Below are positions 21,062-30,746 of a stretch of 64,000 nt of DNA, piece by piece (position 1 is the stretch's first letter; each line of letters begins with the position of its first letter). The translations under genes and the position numbers were made by a program. Source of the stretch: an uncultured archaeon (lineage in GTDB: Archaea > Asgardarchaeota > Thorarchaeia > Thorarchaeales > Thorarchaeaceae); NCBI GenBank assembly GCA_964558645.1, contig CAZLEV010000012.1, positions 55,700 to 119,699 of the forward strand, written 5' to 3'. The notes below the pieces were generated by a model, which was not told where the DNA came from, did no database searches, and saw nothing but the letters and a program-made list of their open reading frames with translations.

Positions 21062-21529
21062 ATGAGCCCCCCGCTTCAGACAAGACTTCCCGATTTTGAT
21101 GAGAAATCGGGAGATTTGAGTATCCCTTCTGAGAAACTAAAATCCGAGAGAGTCACAGGTGATATTTGGAAGCGTACAATTACCCAAAAGGAGGATTGGG
21201 GTATCTGCAACTTTGGTGGGACCGTCATGTTTGCCAAGCTCGAAGAGGGCAGGATCATCGTACATGGAATAGAGGCCAGCTGTAGATGGTGTGGAAGTGA
21301 ACTCGAAGTCCGGGGAGAGCAAGTATTCTGCGTAGGCAGTTGCAAGACGTATCAAGGTTTGTTCTCCAAGGATTTGAACAAGTACCTCGAATGGGAGGGA
21401 GCAAAGTCTTACACTCTTCGAAGGGAGATTGCAAGAATAGAAGGACTACAGTTGGAACCTCGTGATCTAGAGCCCCTTCCCCAGCCAGCTGAATGGAGCA
21501 TATTTGATGAGTTTGAGGAGATGAACTAG
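21062..21529 (+). CDS. Hypothetical protein with a Zn-ribbon (CRWC...CVGSC)
   Basis: ORF fills the gap and has a Cys-pair pattern. Confidence 0.6.
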   Translation: MSPPLQTRLPDFDEKSGDLSIPSEKLKSERVTGDIWKRTITQKEDWGICNFGGTVMFAKLEEGRIIVHGIEASCRWCGSELEVRGEQVFCVGSCKTYQGLFSKDLNKYLEWEGAKSYTLRREIARIEGLQLEPRDLEPLPQPAEWSIFDEFEEMN

Positions 21530-21573
21530 AAACCATAGACCAAGATTCAATAACAGGTTCCCAATAGCATACC

Positions 21574-22278
21574 TTGGTCCACATGAACGATGTAAGAATG
21601 CAACATAGCAAGGGGAGCTTCTCAATCTTCGCGATACTAGTCATGTTTATGATGGGTCTCTTGCTGATACAAAGCCTTGGATTTGCGTTTGTTCGTTTGG
21701 GAATTCCACCCTGGTTGGTGTTGATAATAGTACCCGGGTCACTTCTTGGTAGTCTTGTCAATATCCCTGTCACATCGGTACAATCTGGTTCACAGGCTTG
21801 TCAGCACGAGTACGTGAGCATCTGGGGACTTCACTACAAAGTGGCACCACAGGACTGCCCCGGAGAGACCAAAGTCAGCATCAATCTTGGAGGTGCAATC
21901 ATTCCAGTAGCTGTGAGTGGCTATCTCCTTCTCATCAACCCGGTAGACATTCTGCCCTCTCTTCTTGCGGTGGGCATCGTCGCAGTATTCGTGAAAGCAA
22001 TTGCACGAGTCGAACCCGAAGTTGGGATTGTCACTCCTGCGCTATTGCCTCCTCTGATTGCAGCACTATCAGCGATGGGACTGATGATGCTCTTCCCAGG
22101 TGTTATTGATGCCTATGTGATAGCATACGTCTCTGGAACTCTGGGAACTTTGATTGGAGCAGACTTGCTCAATCTCGGGAGACTGGGAGAGCTAAAGACA
22201 AGTCAAGCGTCAATAGGCGGAGCAGGCACATGGGACGGGGTGTTTCTTGCAGGAATCTTGGCAGTCTTCCTCTTGTAG
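21574..22278 (+). CDS. DUF1614 family membrane protein
   Basis: GSLVNIP, INLGGAIIP, GTLIGADLLNL and SIGGAGTWDGVF motifs. Confidence 0.9.
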   Translation: MVHMNDVRMQHSKGSFSIFAILVMFMMGLLLIQSLGFAFVRLGIPPWLVLIIVPGSLLGSLVNIPVTSVQSGSQACQHEYVSIWGLHYKVAPQDCPGETKVSINLGGAIIPVAVSGYLLLINPVDILPSLLAVGIVAVFVKAIARVEPEVGIVTPALLPPLIAALSAMGLMMLFPGVIDAYVIAYVSGTLGTLIGADLLNLGRLGELKTSQASIGGAGTWDGVFLAGILAVFLL

Positions 22279-22281
22279 TAT

Positions 22282-23172
22282 TCAAGCCTCATACGTATGA
22301 GGGTTCAACTCGTACAACAGGAACGCTCTGTCATCCTGTTCCCGATCGACATAACCCAATGTCTTAGACCACTCCTTCGTCCGAGGTCCTAGAAAGAATG
22401 CAGCTCGGTCGATGTCAGATGATGTTAGCTGATCCAAAATCCGGGACATGACATCAACGAAGATAGCCTGATCTATGGCAAATACACTATAGGCTGAGCG
22501 CTGCTCTTCGTCCGAGTCGATGGCCTTAGCATAGTATAGCGCCTGAGCAATCCCGTCTTCACCAATAACAGCTTTGAAGTCGGTTTCTGTGGCAAGCCTG
22601 CGAAGCCCATCCAAGTCGGGCTTGTCGAAGCTCCATGCAAGAGGAAGGTATTTCACGTCCAGTAGATCTGGTGAAGAGCGCAATAACTCTAGCAGTCGTT
22701 CAGGTCCCACTTCAATGGGAATAATGGAAGGAGAGGGTTTTGGATGGTCGGGGTAGGGTTTCTCAATCTTAAGATAACCTACTCTCGTTGCTAGGTGAAA
22801 CCCATCCTTACGGGCAACCCGCATAGAAGCGTCGTTCAGACTGCCTGTTGCATACCACAACGTTTCAACTCCATGTTTCTTGGCGACATTAATGATCTCC
22901 TGGACAATCTTGGTACCGAGTCCCTGTCCTCTATAGCCGTCTTTGACACGAAGGCCTTCTATCCAGGCAATCTCAGTGTCAGGTACCAGCTCCAAATTGG
23001 CAAGAGCGACCAGTTCATCATCGTAAAAGGTACCGAGAGTATAGCTGTTGCTGCTGTTGATCCACTCAGGGAAGGTTCTGGGGGTGTAGTCCCTGCCATC
23101 CCATACGGTCTCAGCTAGGCGTTTCACCTCTCCGTGGTCGTCAAGAGTGAGTTCTCGGGTTTCGAAGTTCAT
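22282..23172 (-). CDS. GNAT family N-acetyltransferase
   Basis: WIEGLRV...YRGQGLG acetyl-CoA motif; start moved to the ATG after GGAG. Confidence 0.85.
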   Translation of the reverse strand: MNFETRELTLDDHGEVKRLAETVWDGRDYTPRTFPEWINSSNSYTLGTFYDDELVALANLELVPDTEIAWIEGLRVKDGYRGQGLGTKIVQEIINVAKKHGVETLWYATGSLNDASMRVARKDGFHLATRVGYLKIEKPYPDHPKPSPSIIPIEVGPERLLELLRSSPDLLDVKYLPLAWSFDKPDLDGLRRLATETDFKAVIGEDGIAQALYYAKAIDSDEEQRSAYSVFAIDQAIFVDVMSRILDQLTSSDIDRAAFFLGPRTKEWSKTLGYVDREQDDRAFLLYELNPHTYEA

Positions 23173-23226
23173 GGCGTAATCTCCACATGGTGACAATCTT
23201 AAGAACTTGAGGATGTGTATAGACGG

Positions 23227-24057
23227 TCATGGCGTGTTTTGCAGAACCAGGCAATAGTGATGGTGGACGTTGCTCACATATGTTGTCGGGAAGCCCCAAC
23301 AGCCCAGTCGCTTGTTGTCTTGACACCAGATCTGCTCCTGACGTAGCTCGTAGTGATTGGACAAGCGTTGGGCCATGTCCCAGGCAATGGGCCGTAATCG
23401 TCCATCTGTATCTCTCATGTTCTGAACCACTACTACAAGATAGGCACCATCTTTCATCAGAGGCCTTAGACTCTCAAAGACCGTTGCAGCTTCTTGAAGA
23501 TACTCTTCATAGTCTGCGAGATTGCCTATGTCAGACTCCGACATGCTATACGTCTGTTTCAAGCCTCGCTCAGCACGTTCCTTGTGAGCTGTCTTATTCC
23601 CGCCTCGCGACTTGTGCAACATGTTCCAATACGGAGGGGAGGTGACCAAGAGGTCGAATTTAGGACAAGAATCACCGAAGACCTCTCGAATCAAACGTCC
23701 GGCCTCACGCGCATCACCGACAATCATCTTCTGATCACCAGAGCCTCTTGCCTTACTGAGGTCAGCCCTGGCAACTGCCGCGAAGGCCTCATTCAGTTCT
23801 ATGCCCACAGCATTCCGCTTCAATCTCCTGCAACTCAGTAACGTGCTACCGACTCCTGCAAAGGGGTCAATAACCCAACCGGCTTCATGTGTAAAGAACT
23901 CCAGGAATCTATCGACCAACTTCCGAGGGAATTTTGCGGGATGTTCAAGCTGAGACCTTGACCTTGGAGGGGGATTGACGACGAACCAGGATTTCGTGCG
24001 TTTCACCCATTCCTTTCCATCTAGATTGTTGAGTCGATTCCGTTTCAGGATGATCAC
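23227..24057 (-). CDS. Orphan N4/N6 DNA methyltransferase-family protein (permuted motif order)
   Basis: HPAKFP, DPFAGVGS (motif I), GIELN and TSPPY (motif IV). Confidence 0.85.
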   Translation of the reverse strand: MIILKRNRLNNLDGKEWVKRTKSWFVVNPPPRSRSQLEHPAKFPRKLVDRFLEFFTHEAGWVIDPFAGVGSTLLSCRRLKRNAVGIELNEAFAAVARADLSKARGSGDQKMIVGDAREAGRLIREVFGDSCPKFDLLVTSPPYWNMLHKSRGGNKTAHKERAERGLKQTYSMSESDIGNLADYEEYLQEAATVFESLRPLMKDGAYLVVVVQNMRDTDGRLRPIAWDMAQRLSNHYELRQEQIWCQDNKRLGCWGFPTTYVSNVHHHYCLVLQNTP

Positions 24058-24108
24058 CTGACAATGAGTTGTAGGGCGGAGGATAAGAGTGTTCTCGGAG
24101 ACGACACC

Positions 24109-25122
24109 TTACTGTCCTGCAATTCGTGCGCTTACTATTCTGTTAATTCCTACCTCTCCGATATCTGCACAGTAGGATGCAATTCTGCCGAAGTGCATGA
24201 TCAACAGAACATGTTCCGGCTTTACTCCTTTGCTGGAAGACTCAAATTTCGCGAAACGGTTCACCAGGGAGTTAGCCCTCTTAAGCGCCTCAAACGCCTC
24301 GTTGCCTTCACCATACACATCGAGCTTCTTTCGCCCATGGCTCTCCACACTAAAGAAGGCCTTCATCATCTCTTCATAGGCGTCACCTGTTTCACGGCAA
24401 GCCTCTTCAATCTTAGATGGGAGTTTTCCAGCATCCTCTAGTTGAGCTGCGGCACCACAGATGTGATCCGCAATTCGTTCGATGTACTTGGCTGCGAGAC
24501 TGAAATGCAAACAGTCTGATGGGGTCACATCTATCTTCCTTGCATAGGCAGAGTCCTGCAGCGCAAGGTGACACAATCTCTCGACAAAATATCGATGACG
24601 ATCGACATCCTCATCGCGTTCCTCTAGGCGGCGACTATCTTCGAGATCCCGTGTCTTTGTCGCGTTGATAAGGACACTGAGCATGTACTTTGTGGTCGCG
24701 AACTGCCTCCTCAGAACTGGAATTATCACCTGCTTCTCACTGGTATCGCTTATATCAAGGCGAGTACTGTGCTCGTCCAGAACTTCAAATCCCGGAAGTC
24801 TTCGGATCCACCTGCTGACTCGCTCACGAGTTTCCATATCTAGGTCACCAGAGAAGCCAATCTCGATGTCACTGGCACCGACAATATAGGCTCCAGTCAA
24901 AATGCTTTCAACACGATCCTTACTTGCATCTTCCATGGTGATGCTGAGCTTTCCACCTGTCCTCGTCTCATATTCTGGGGGATAGACGGTCAAGAGACCC
25001 TCCTCTGTTTCACCAATCCGTACTTCGGAATCCTTGTCAAGGTGGAACTTGTCACACCATGCACGAGGGAGGTAGACATAGAACGAGTTTCTTACTTGAT
25101 TCAGCTTCCGTGTGACAATCAT
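24109..25122 (-). CDS. Phosphate uptake regulator, AbrB-domain/PhoU fusion (archaeal type)
   Basis: N-terminal TRKLNQVRNSFYVYLPRAW AbrB domain; PhoU motifs DEDVDR and ERIADH; divergent from pstS. Confidence 0.85.
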   Translation of the reverse strand: MIVTRKLNQVRNSFYVYLPRAWCDKFHLDKDSEVRIGETEEGLLTVYPPEYETRTGGKLSITMEDASKDRVESILTGAYIVGASDIEIGFSGDLDMETRERVSRWIRRLPGFEVLDEHSTRLDISDTSEKQVIIPVLRRQFATTKYMLSVLINATKTRDLEDSRRLEERDEDVDRHRYFVERLCHLALQDSAYARKIDVTPSDCLHFSLAAKYIERIADHICGAAAQLEDAGKLPSKIEEACRETGDAYEEMMKAFFSVESHGRKKLDVYGEGNEAFEALKRANSLVNRFAKFESSSKGVKPEHVLLIMHFGRIASYCADIGEVGINRIVSARIAGQ

Positions 25123-25143
25123 GTCAAATGCACCGACCCGTGA

Positions 25144-25161
25144 TACATATGATTGCATATG
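25144..25161 (-). promoter_or_regulatory. Candidate phosphate operator, copy 1
   Basis: Minus strand CATATGCAATCATATGTA just upstream of the regulator gene. Confidence 0.55.
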
Positions 25162-25315
25162 AAGTTAATGCGGGCTTCATTGAATCCAACATGAATCCTC
25201 CTTGGAATTTCTCAGGCGCCAATCAATTAAAGCAACGACACAGCGAACGCCATTCAGCCGAGTCTGCTGCTTTCTGTTGTCATTGGCCCTTGAGTCCTCG
25301 TATTTACAACATCCG

Positions 25316-25332
25316 CATATGCAACATATGTA
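25316..25332 (+). promoter_or_regulatory. Candidate phosphate operator, copy 2
   Basis: CATATGCAACATATGTA just downstream of TATTTA (25301), upstream of pstS. Confidence 0.55.
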
Positions 25333-25416
25333 GTCATCAATTGCACATGCAGCTCATGGGCCCAACTCAAATACTGAGTTCAGCGCGACCGAACCAAAGA
25401 ATATGGAGAACCAAAA

Positions 25417-26472
25417 ATGACAGACTCGAAAATGTCAATCATCGTTGGAATCATCATTGGACTACTCCTCGGAGCCGGTGCAATGTGGGTATTGAATCCA
25501 GGTTCAGGTGTAGGGGCCGAGACTTATACCATCTCTACGGCAGGATCCACAACAGTGTATCCGCTATCCCAAGAATGGGCTAGTCAATTCCATGCGGATA
25601 TGCCCTCGTTCACTGTAACGCCCGGCACTGGAGGCTCTGGGCTGGGCCAATCACAGGTTGCAGATGGGCTGATAGACATAGGGGCCACGAGCTCATATCC
25701 AAGTAGTACCTATCGTACTGAGAATCCACATGTCGAGATAATCCCAGTGAGCGCAGATGCCCTTGGAATCGTTGTAAATCCTTCAGTTAACGGATCAATC
25801 TTCAAGATGGATTGTGACATGGCTGTTGCAGTGTTCCAGCGAAATGTCACTACTTGGGAGGATTTCGAGACCATCTTCGGTGTCACAATCCAGCAGACCG
25901 GTGCCATCAACGTCTATGTTCGTTCAGACGCCAGTGGTACAACTGCGACTTTTGCTGAGTGGCTTGAGAAGGCAGACGAAAACACTAATCCGAATGGAGC
26001 GGAGTTCGAATGGAAACTTGGCAAAAAGGAAACCGTTTCGTGGATTGCCGGCACTAATGCTGTAGAAGGTAACCCCGGTGTTGCATCCGGTGTCAAGAAT
26101 GATGAGAATGGGATTGGATATGTAGGCCTGAAGTTCATGGAAGACCTAACTCAAGTTACTCTCTACAACCCAGGGAACGAAGAATGGGTCGAGCCCACTC
26201 TTGAGAATGCTCTTAACGCACTACCAGAAACACTGAGCGATCCCGGTGCGAACCTGATGAATTCTGATAGAGACAGTGCCTATCCCATTGCGAGACTCTT
26301 GTTCTACATGGTCAACAAGAACAATCTGAGGTGGCAGACACTCACCTACCTCTACTGGGTTCTAAGCATCGGTCAGCAGTACATCTCTGAGGTCGGCTAT
26401 GTTCCAATCAGTGGAACATCGGCAATGGCTTACTCTCTAGAAGCTGTGGGCAGTCTTGCTCCATCTTCATAG
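25417..26472 (+). CDS. pstS: Phosphate ABC transporter substrate-binding protein
   Basis: N-terminal TM anchor, AGSTTVYP, GSGLG, RSDASGT and YPIARLL motifs. Confidence 0.92.
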   Translation: MTDSKMSIIVGIIIGLLLGAGAMWVLNPGSGVGAETYTISTAGSTTVYPLSQEWASQFHADMPSFTVTPGTGGSGLGQSQVADGLIDIGATSSYPSSTYRTENPHVEIIPVSADALGIVVNPSVNGSIFKMDCDMAVAVFQRNVTTWEDFETIFGVTIQQTGAINVYVRSDASGTTATFAEWLEKADENTNPNGAEFEWKLGKKETVSWIAGTNAVEGNPGVASGVKNDENGIGYVGLKFMEDLTQVTLYNPGNEEWVEPTLENALNALPETLSDPGANLMNSDRDSAYPIARLLFYMVNKNNLRWQTLTYLYWVLSIGQQYISEVGYVPISGTSAMAYSLEAVGSLAPSS

Positions 26473-26485
26473 TTTACTCCTTCCC

Positions 26486-26507
26486 GGAAGTGCCGCAAGG
26501 CACTTCC
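26486..26507 (+). terminator. Perfect stem-loop between pstS and pstC (attenuator or mRNA stabiliser)
   Basis: GGAAGTGCC-GCAA-GGCACTTCC: 9-bp stem with GNRA tetraloop. Confidence 0.65.
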
Positions 26508-26618
26508 AACCCGATATTTTCGGCAACTTAAAGTGGCGGAATCTTGGTTCGCAGACTCGAAGGAATCATCGTTTCCTCCTGTCTGCTGATCAGATAATAG
26601 AAGCAATGGTGCAGAGTA

Positions 26619-27677
26619 ATGAACGGTCAACAATCCAAGCATCGAGGTCCAGGACGATCGGATGAAGTAAAAGGTAGGTTCAGAAAGAACTTTGAGAGTC
26701 TGAAGACATCGGCAAGGTGTTTCATAGACGAAGTGAGGACTGCGAGGGGAGGGGCAAGAGTTGATTTGATGGGACGCTTCGGACTATTCATTCCAGCGAT
26801 AGCCAGCATTGGCATCATCATTCTCATTCTAACGTTCTTATGGTACGAATCAGTGCCGATACTCACGAGTCCGGAGGGTGGGCCCAGCATCATCTTTGAA
26901 ACGACGTGGGATCCCAATCGCAGCCTCTATGGAATCGCTATTTTCATCACGGGCTCTTTCATGTGTACATTCCTTGCAATAGGAATGGCAGTGCCACTCG
27001 GTATCGGGGCAGCTATCTTCTTGAGCGAGTTCTGCCCTCATGGAATTAGAACAGGCCTGCGCATAATTGTGGAGATGATGGCCGCAATCCCTTCTATCGT
27101 GTACGGTCTCTGGGCATATGTTGTTCTTGTGCCCTTCATCAAGTATGAGTTTGCCCCCGCAGTCCAATCGAATCCTCTCACGGCGTGGATGCCGTGGTTC
27201 AGCGGCCAGTCCAATGGCCTAGGTCTACTGGCTGGAGGAGTCATTCTGGCAGTCATGCTCCTACCCACTGTAGTCGCTGTTTCTGATGATGCACTTAGGT
27301 CAGTACCCAAATCATACCGAGAGGCATCTTTAGCCCTCGGCGCGACCACGGGAGAGACCGCAAGAAGCATTGTCTTGTCAGCTGCAATCCCAGGAATAGG
27401 AGCAGCGGTGATTCTCTCTCTTGGAAGGGCTGTTGGTGAAACCATGGCGGTCCTCATGGTGACAGGCAACTCGCTGCAAATCGCTTACTCGCTTTTCGAC
27501 CCGATGTACGTCATGACTTCGATTATCACAAACCAGCTTGGTTATGCATACACGTACGAGCTCTGGCGCTCTGCCCTGTTTGCAGTTGCACTGATTCTGA
27601 TGCTAATGTCCATCCTCTTCACAGCTGCCGCCAAGCTGATCATAAAATGGGGGATGAGAACACGTGGAATGGAATAG
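26619..27677 (+). CDS. pstC: Phosphate ABC transporter permease PstC
   Basis: AIPSIVYGLW, EAA loop REASLALGAT, GRAVGETMAV. Confidence 0.93.
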   Translation: MNGQQSKHRGPGRSDEVKGRFRKNFESLKTSARCFIDEVRTARGGARVDLMGRFGLFIPAIASIGIIILILTFLWYESVPILTSPEGGPSIIFETTWDPNRSLYGIAIFITGSFMCTFLAIGMAVPLGIGAAIFLSEFCPHGIRTGLRIIVEMMAAIPSIVYGLWAYVVLVPFIKYEFAPAVQSNPLTAWMPWFSGQSNGLGLLAGGVILAVMLLPTVVAVSDDALRSVPKSYREASLALGATTGETARSIVLSAAIPGIGAAVILSLGRAVGETMAVLMVTGNSLQIAYSLFDPMYVMTSIITNQLGYAYTYELWRSALFAVALILMLMSILFTAAAKLIIKWGMRTRGME

Positions 27678-27690
27678 GAGGCGATGAATA

Positions 27691-28683
27691 GTGGACGAGC
27701 GAGGCGCATCACTTCATCTTGATAGGAAGGAGGCCTACAATGACTCTGAGATTGCCATCCCAAAGACGGGTATCCTGACTGAACTTGAAGGATGGATCAA
27801 GCGACAGACTGCAATCAACTCCAAACGAAACCTAAAGGACTTCATATTCAAGGTTGCGCTATCGCTTGCTGTGGTCATCGTGTGCGCACCCTTCTTCTTG
27901 ATTCTGATTCAAGTAGGATCTGTGGGGCTAGATGTATTCTTGGGTTCTGGTCCTGGCAAGGGCTTGGACTTCTTCCTTAGCACTCCCGGACCAGGGTTAG
28001 AAGGAGGTATACTCAACGCAATTGTAGGAACAACATACCTGATCGGGATTGCCACACTTGTTGGCGTTCCACTCAGTGTCTTTGGCGCAATCTACATCAC
28101 AGAATATACTCGTCCAGGACTCGTTCGAAGCTCCGTTGAGTTCGCTGCCGATGTCCTTGCGGGCATACCCAGTATTGTCTTTGGTGCATTTGGGTTCACA
28201 TTCCTGGTCATCTATCTCAAAATCGGGATGGGGATGCTAGCGGGTGGACTGACTCTTTCATTCATGATGATTCCGACTGTATTGAGAACAACTCAAGAAG
28301 CTCTCAGGCAAGTACCCATGTCGTTGAGAGAGGCATCCTTGGCCTTAGGAGCCACAAAATGGACAACAACTTGGAAGATCACTATTCGTGCAGCGTTTCC
28401 GGGCATCATCACCGGCGTGCTCTTGGCAATGGGAAGGGTGATGGGCGAAACGGCACCGCTCATCTTCACTTCCGGGAATAATCTGGAGCTCCCGACTGGC
28501 GTTACTGGACCAGCTTCTTGGGTGGCCTCAATGCCCTACACCGTTTGGAGCTATATTAGTGATCCCCGTAACTACGTCAATGCCAAGGCACAGGCCACAG
28601 CCCTTACACTCATGGGCATGGTTCTCTTCATTGACCTCATTGCGAATTATGTTTCAAGGAGAATCACAAGGAGAATTGTCTGA
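27691..28683 (+). CDS. pstA: Phosphate ABC transporter permease PstA
   Basis: GIPSIVFG, REASLALGATKW and GETAPL motifs. Confidence 0.93.
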   Translation: MDERGASLHLDRKEAYNDSEIAIPKTGILTELEGWIKRQTAINSKRNLKDFIFKVALSLAVVIVCAPFFLILIQVGSVGLDVFLGSGPGKGLDFFLSTPGPGLEGGILNAIVGTTYLIGIATLVGVPLSVFGAIYITEYTRPGLVRSSVEFAADVLAGIPSIVFGAFGFTFLVIYLKIGMGMLAGGLTLSFMMIPTVLRTTQEALRQVPMSLREASLALGATKWTTTWKITIRAAFPGIITGVLLAMGRVMGETAPLIFTSGNNLELPTGVTGPASWVASMPYTVWSYISDPRNYVNAKAQATALTLMGMVLFIDLIANYVSRRITRRIV

Positions 28684-28686
28684 AAG

Positions 28687-29448
28687 ATGGATGAAGAAAC
28701 CACAATTCAAGTCAAGAATCTAAACACATGGTTTGGGTCAAAACACATACTCAAAGACATATCATGCTACTTCGAAGACAACTGCGTCACAGGCGTCATG
28801 GGCCCATCTGGTTGCGGCAAATCTACCCTTTTGCGCACCATCAACAGACTCAATGACACGGTCGGTAACTTCAGCATGACCGGGCAGATTCTCATCGAGG
28901 GAAGGAACATCTATGACCCCGCAGCTGATGTGTATAACCTTAGGAAGAGGGTGGGAATGATCTTCCAAAGGCCAAACCCATTCCCGATGAGCGTCAAGGA
29001 CAATCTCACTTTCGGGCCAAAACTCCATGGAATCACCGAACGAGAGGAACTAGACGAGATTGTAGAGACTACCCTCAAGAAGGCAGCACTCTGGGACGAG
29101 GTCCGCGATAGCTTAGACCAGCCTGGAACAACGCTCTCGGGAGGGCAACAACAGAGACTCTGCATCGCACGTGCACTCAGTGTTGATCCCCCAGTCTTAT
29201 TGATGGATGAACCTGTGTCGTCGCTGGACCCCTTGAGTGCAGCCAAGATCGAAGACCTGATTGTGGAGCTGAAGAAGGACTACACTATCATCCTTGTGAC
29301 CCACAACGTTCAGCAGGCTTTTCGGGTATCAGATCGTGCAGCCTTCCTGTATCTTGGTGAGCTCGTTGAGTTCGACAAGACCTCGAGGATAGCTGAAGCG
29401 CCGAGTGACCCAAGAACAGAAGCCTTCATTACAGGTCGAATAGGTTAG
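28687..29448 (+). CDS. pstB: Phosphate ABC transporter ATP-binding protein PstB
   Basis: GPSGCGKS, FQRPNPFPMS and LSGGQQQRLCIAR motifs. Confidence 0.95.
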   Translation: MDEETTIQVKNLNTWFGSKHILKDISCYFEDNCVTGVMGPSGCGKSTLLRTINRLNDTVGNFSMTGQILIEGRNIYDPAADVYNLRKRVGMIFQRPNPFPMSVKDNLTFGPKLHGITEREELDEIVETTLKKAALWDEVRDSLDQPGTTLSGGQQQRLCIARALSVDPPVLLMDEPVSSLDPLSAAKIEDLIVELKKDYTIILVTHNVQQAFRVSDRAAFLYLGELVEFDKTSRIAEAPSDPRTEAFITGRIG

Positions 29449-29458
29449 AGGTGAAGTC

Positions 29459-30148
29459 ATGAGATCGCAACTCGAATTCTACATGGATGAGATTGTCAAG
29501 AGACTGGAGAGAATGCATGAGTTGGCAAGTAAGGCGCTGACCGACTCTATGAAGTCCTTTGAGGACCTTGACGAAGAAGCCGCGACTGTGGTCCAGGAAC
29601 AAGTGGACGACATAGAGGAGCTCGCAGACAGGATTGAGAGCAACGTCTTCGAAACGATAGCAAGAAGACAACCGGTCGCAAGCGACCTTAGAGCATTAGC
29701 AACATACAGCCATGTCGCTCATCACCTGCATCGAGTAGGGCGCTACGCATACAAGATAGCCTACATCACCAGACTATGCAATGGTCTCGACCACTACAAA
29801 GAACTCGAGTCCCTACCTTACCTGGCCGAGCTCGCAAAGTCAACTCTAGACATTGCAATGAAGGCTCTTATTGAAAGGGATCTATCAGAGATTGACGAAC
29901 TTGAGAAGCTGGAGGCCGAGAGCGACCGAGAGACTGCTGAGATGTTCGAAGAGATTGCCGAGTTTCTCAAGAAGATGGACAACATCGAAACCATGTCGAT
30001 GTTCTACGTGATCATTGGCCGGTACTGCGAACGCGCTGCGGATCAGGCCTTCGCAATAGCTGAGAGAGCCTACTACATGGTGACTGGTGAACGCAAGAAG
30101 TTAGGGCTAGCCTATAAGAAGCGAGAAAAAGAGATAGGTCCCCATTAA
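29459..30148 (+). CDS. phoU: Phosphate signalling complex protein PhoU
   Basis: RQPVASDLR and ERAADQ; follows pstB. Confidence 0.9.
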   Translation: MRSQLEFYMDEIVKRLERMHELASKALTDSMKSFEDLDEEAATVVQEQVDDIEELADRIESNVFETIARRQPVASDLRALATYSHVAHHLHRVGRYAYKIAYITRLCNGLDHYKELESLPYLAELAKSTLDIAMKALIERDLSEIDELEKLEAESDRETAEMFEEIAEFLKKMDNIETMSMFYVIIGRYCERAADQAFAIAERAYYMVTGERKKLGLAYKKREKEIGPH

Positions 30149-30690
30149 GAGTCCACAACCTCGACATCCTCCCCTTCAATGCGGGCCAAGATTGCCTCGA
30201 CCAAGTACTTGAAAGCTAAATCAACGTTGAGATTCTCTGTTGCTGATGTCTGAATCAGACGGGTTGCATGCGTTTCAGCGACTTCTATCACACTCTGAGG
30301 ATTCAGTTCGGACTCCAAGTCAATCTTGTTCTCAACAAACACCACCGGAACGCTTCCAGCAGCTGCATGTAAGGCTCTCAGCCACTTGCTGTAGTTCATG
30401 AGAGTGTCCGAACGGGTGCGGTCAAACACGAAAAACGCACCGGAGGCCTCAGAGCAGTACTGCTCCCGGAGTTCTGCAAAGGACTCGCCACCCCCGAGGT
30501 CCCAAATAACGAGCTTATTCATCAAATCTCTTATCTCAACGGACTTAACATGCAGGATTGCACCTATGGTACGCCCCATCTCTTCAGAGAGGCTATCGTA
30601 AACATAGCGTTGAACAAGTGAAGTCTTCCCAACAGCGGTATCTCCCAAGAATACAATCTTGTGGACATAGTCATGTTGTCGCTGTTTCAA
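30145..30690 (-). CDS. Rab-like small GTPase (switch-II Gln replaced by Gly)
   Basis: GDTAVGKT, TIG, WDLGGGE, ENKID, TSAT; no CaaX. Confidence 0.9.
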   Translation of the reverse strand: MKQRQHDYVHKIVFLGDTAVGKTSLVQRYVYDSLSEEMGRTIGAILHVKSVEIRDLMNKLVIWDLGGGESFAELREQYCSEASGAFFVFDRTRSDTLMNYSKWLRALHAAAGSVPVVFVENKIDLESELNPQSVIEVAETHATRLIQTSATENLNVDLAFKYLVEAILARIEGEDVEVVDS

Positions 30691-30746
30691 GTGGGATGCC
30701 TCACTAATTCTGGTAGGGACCTCTCCATCAGAGTGATGATTTGGCC

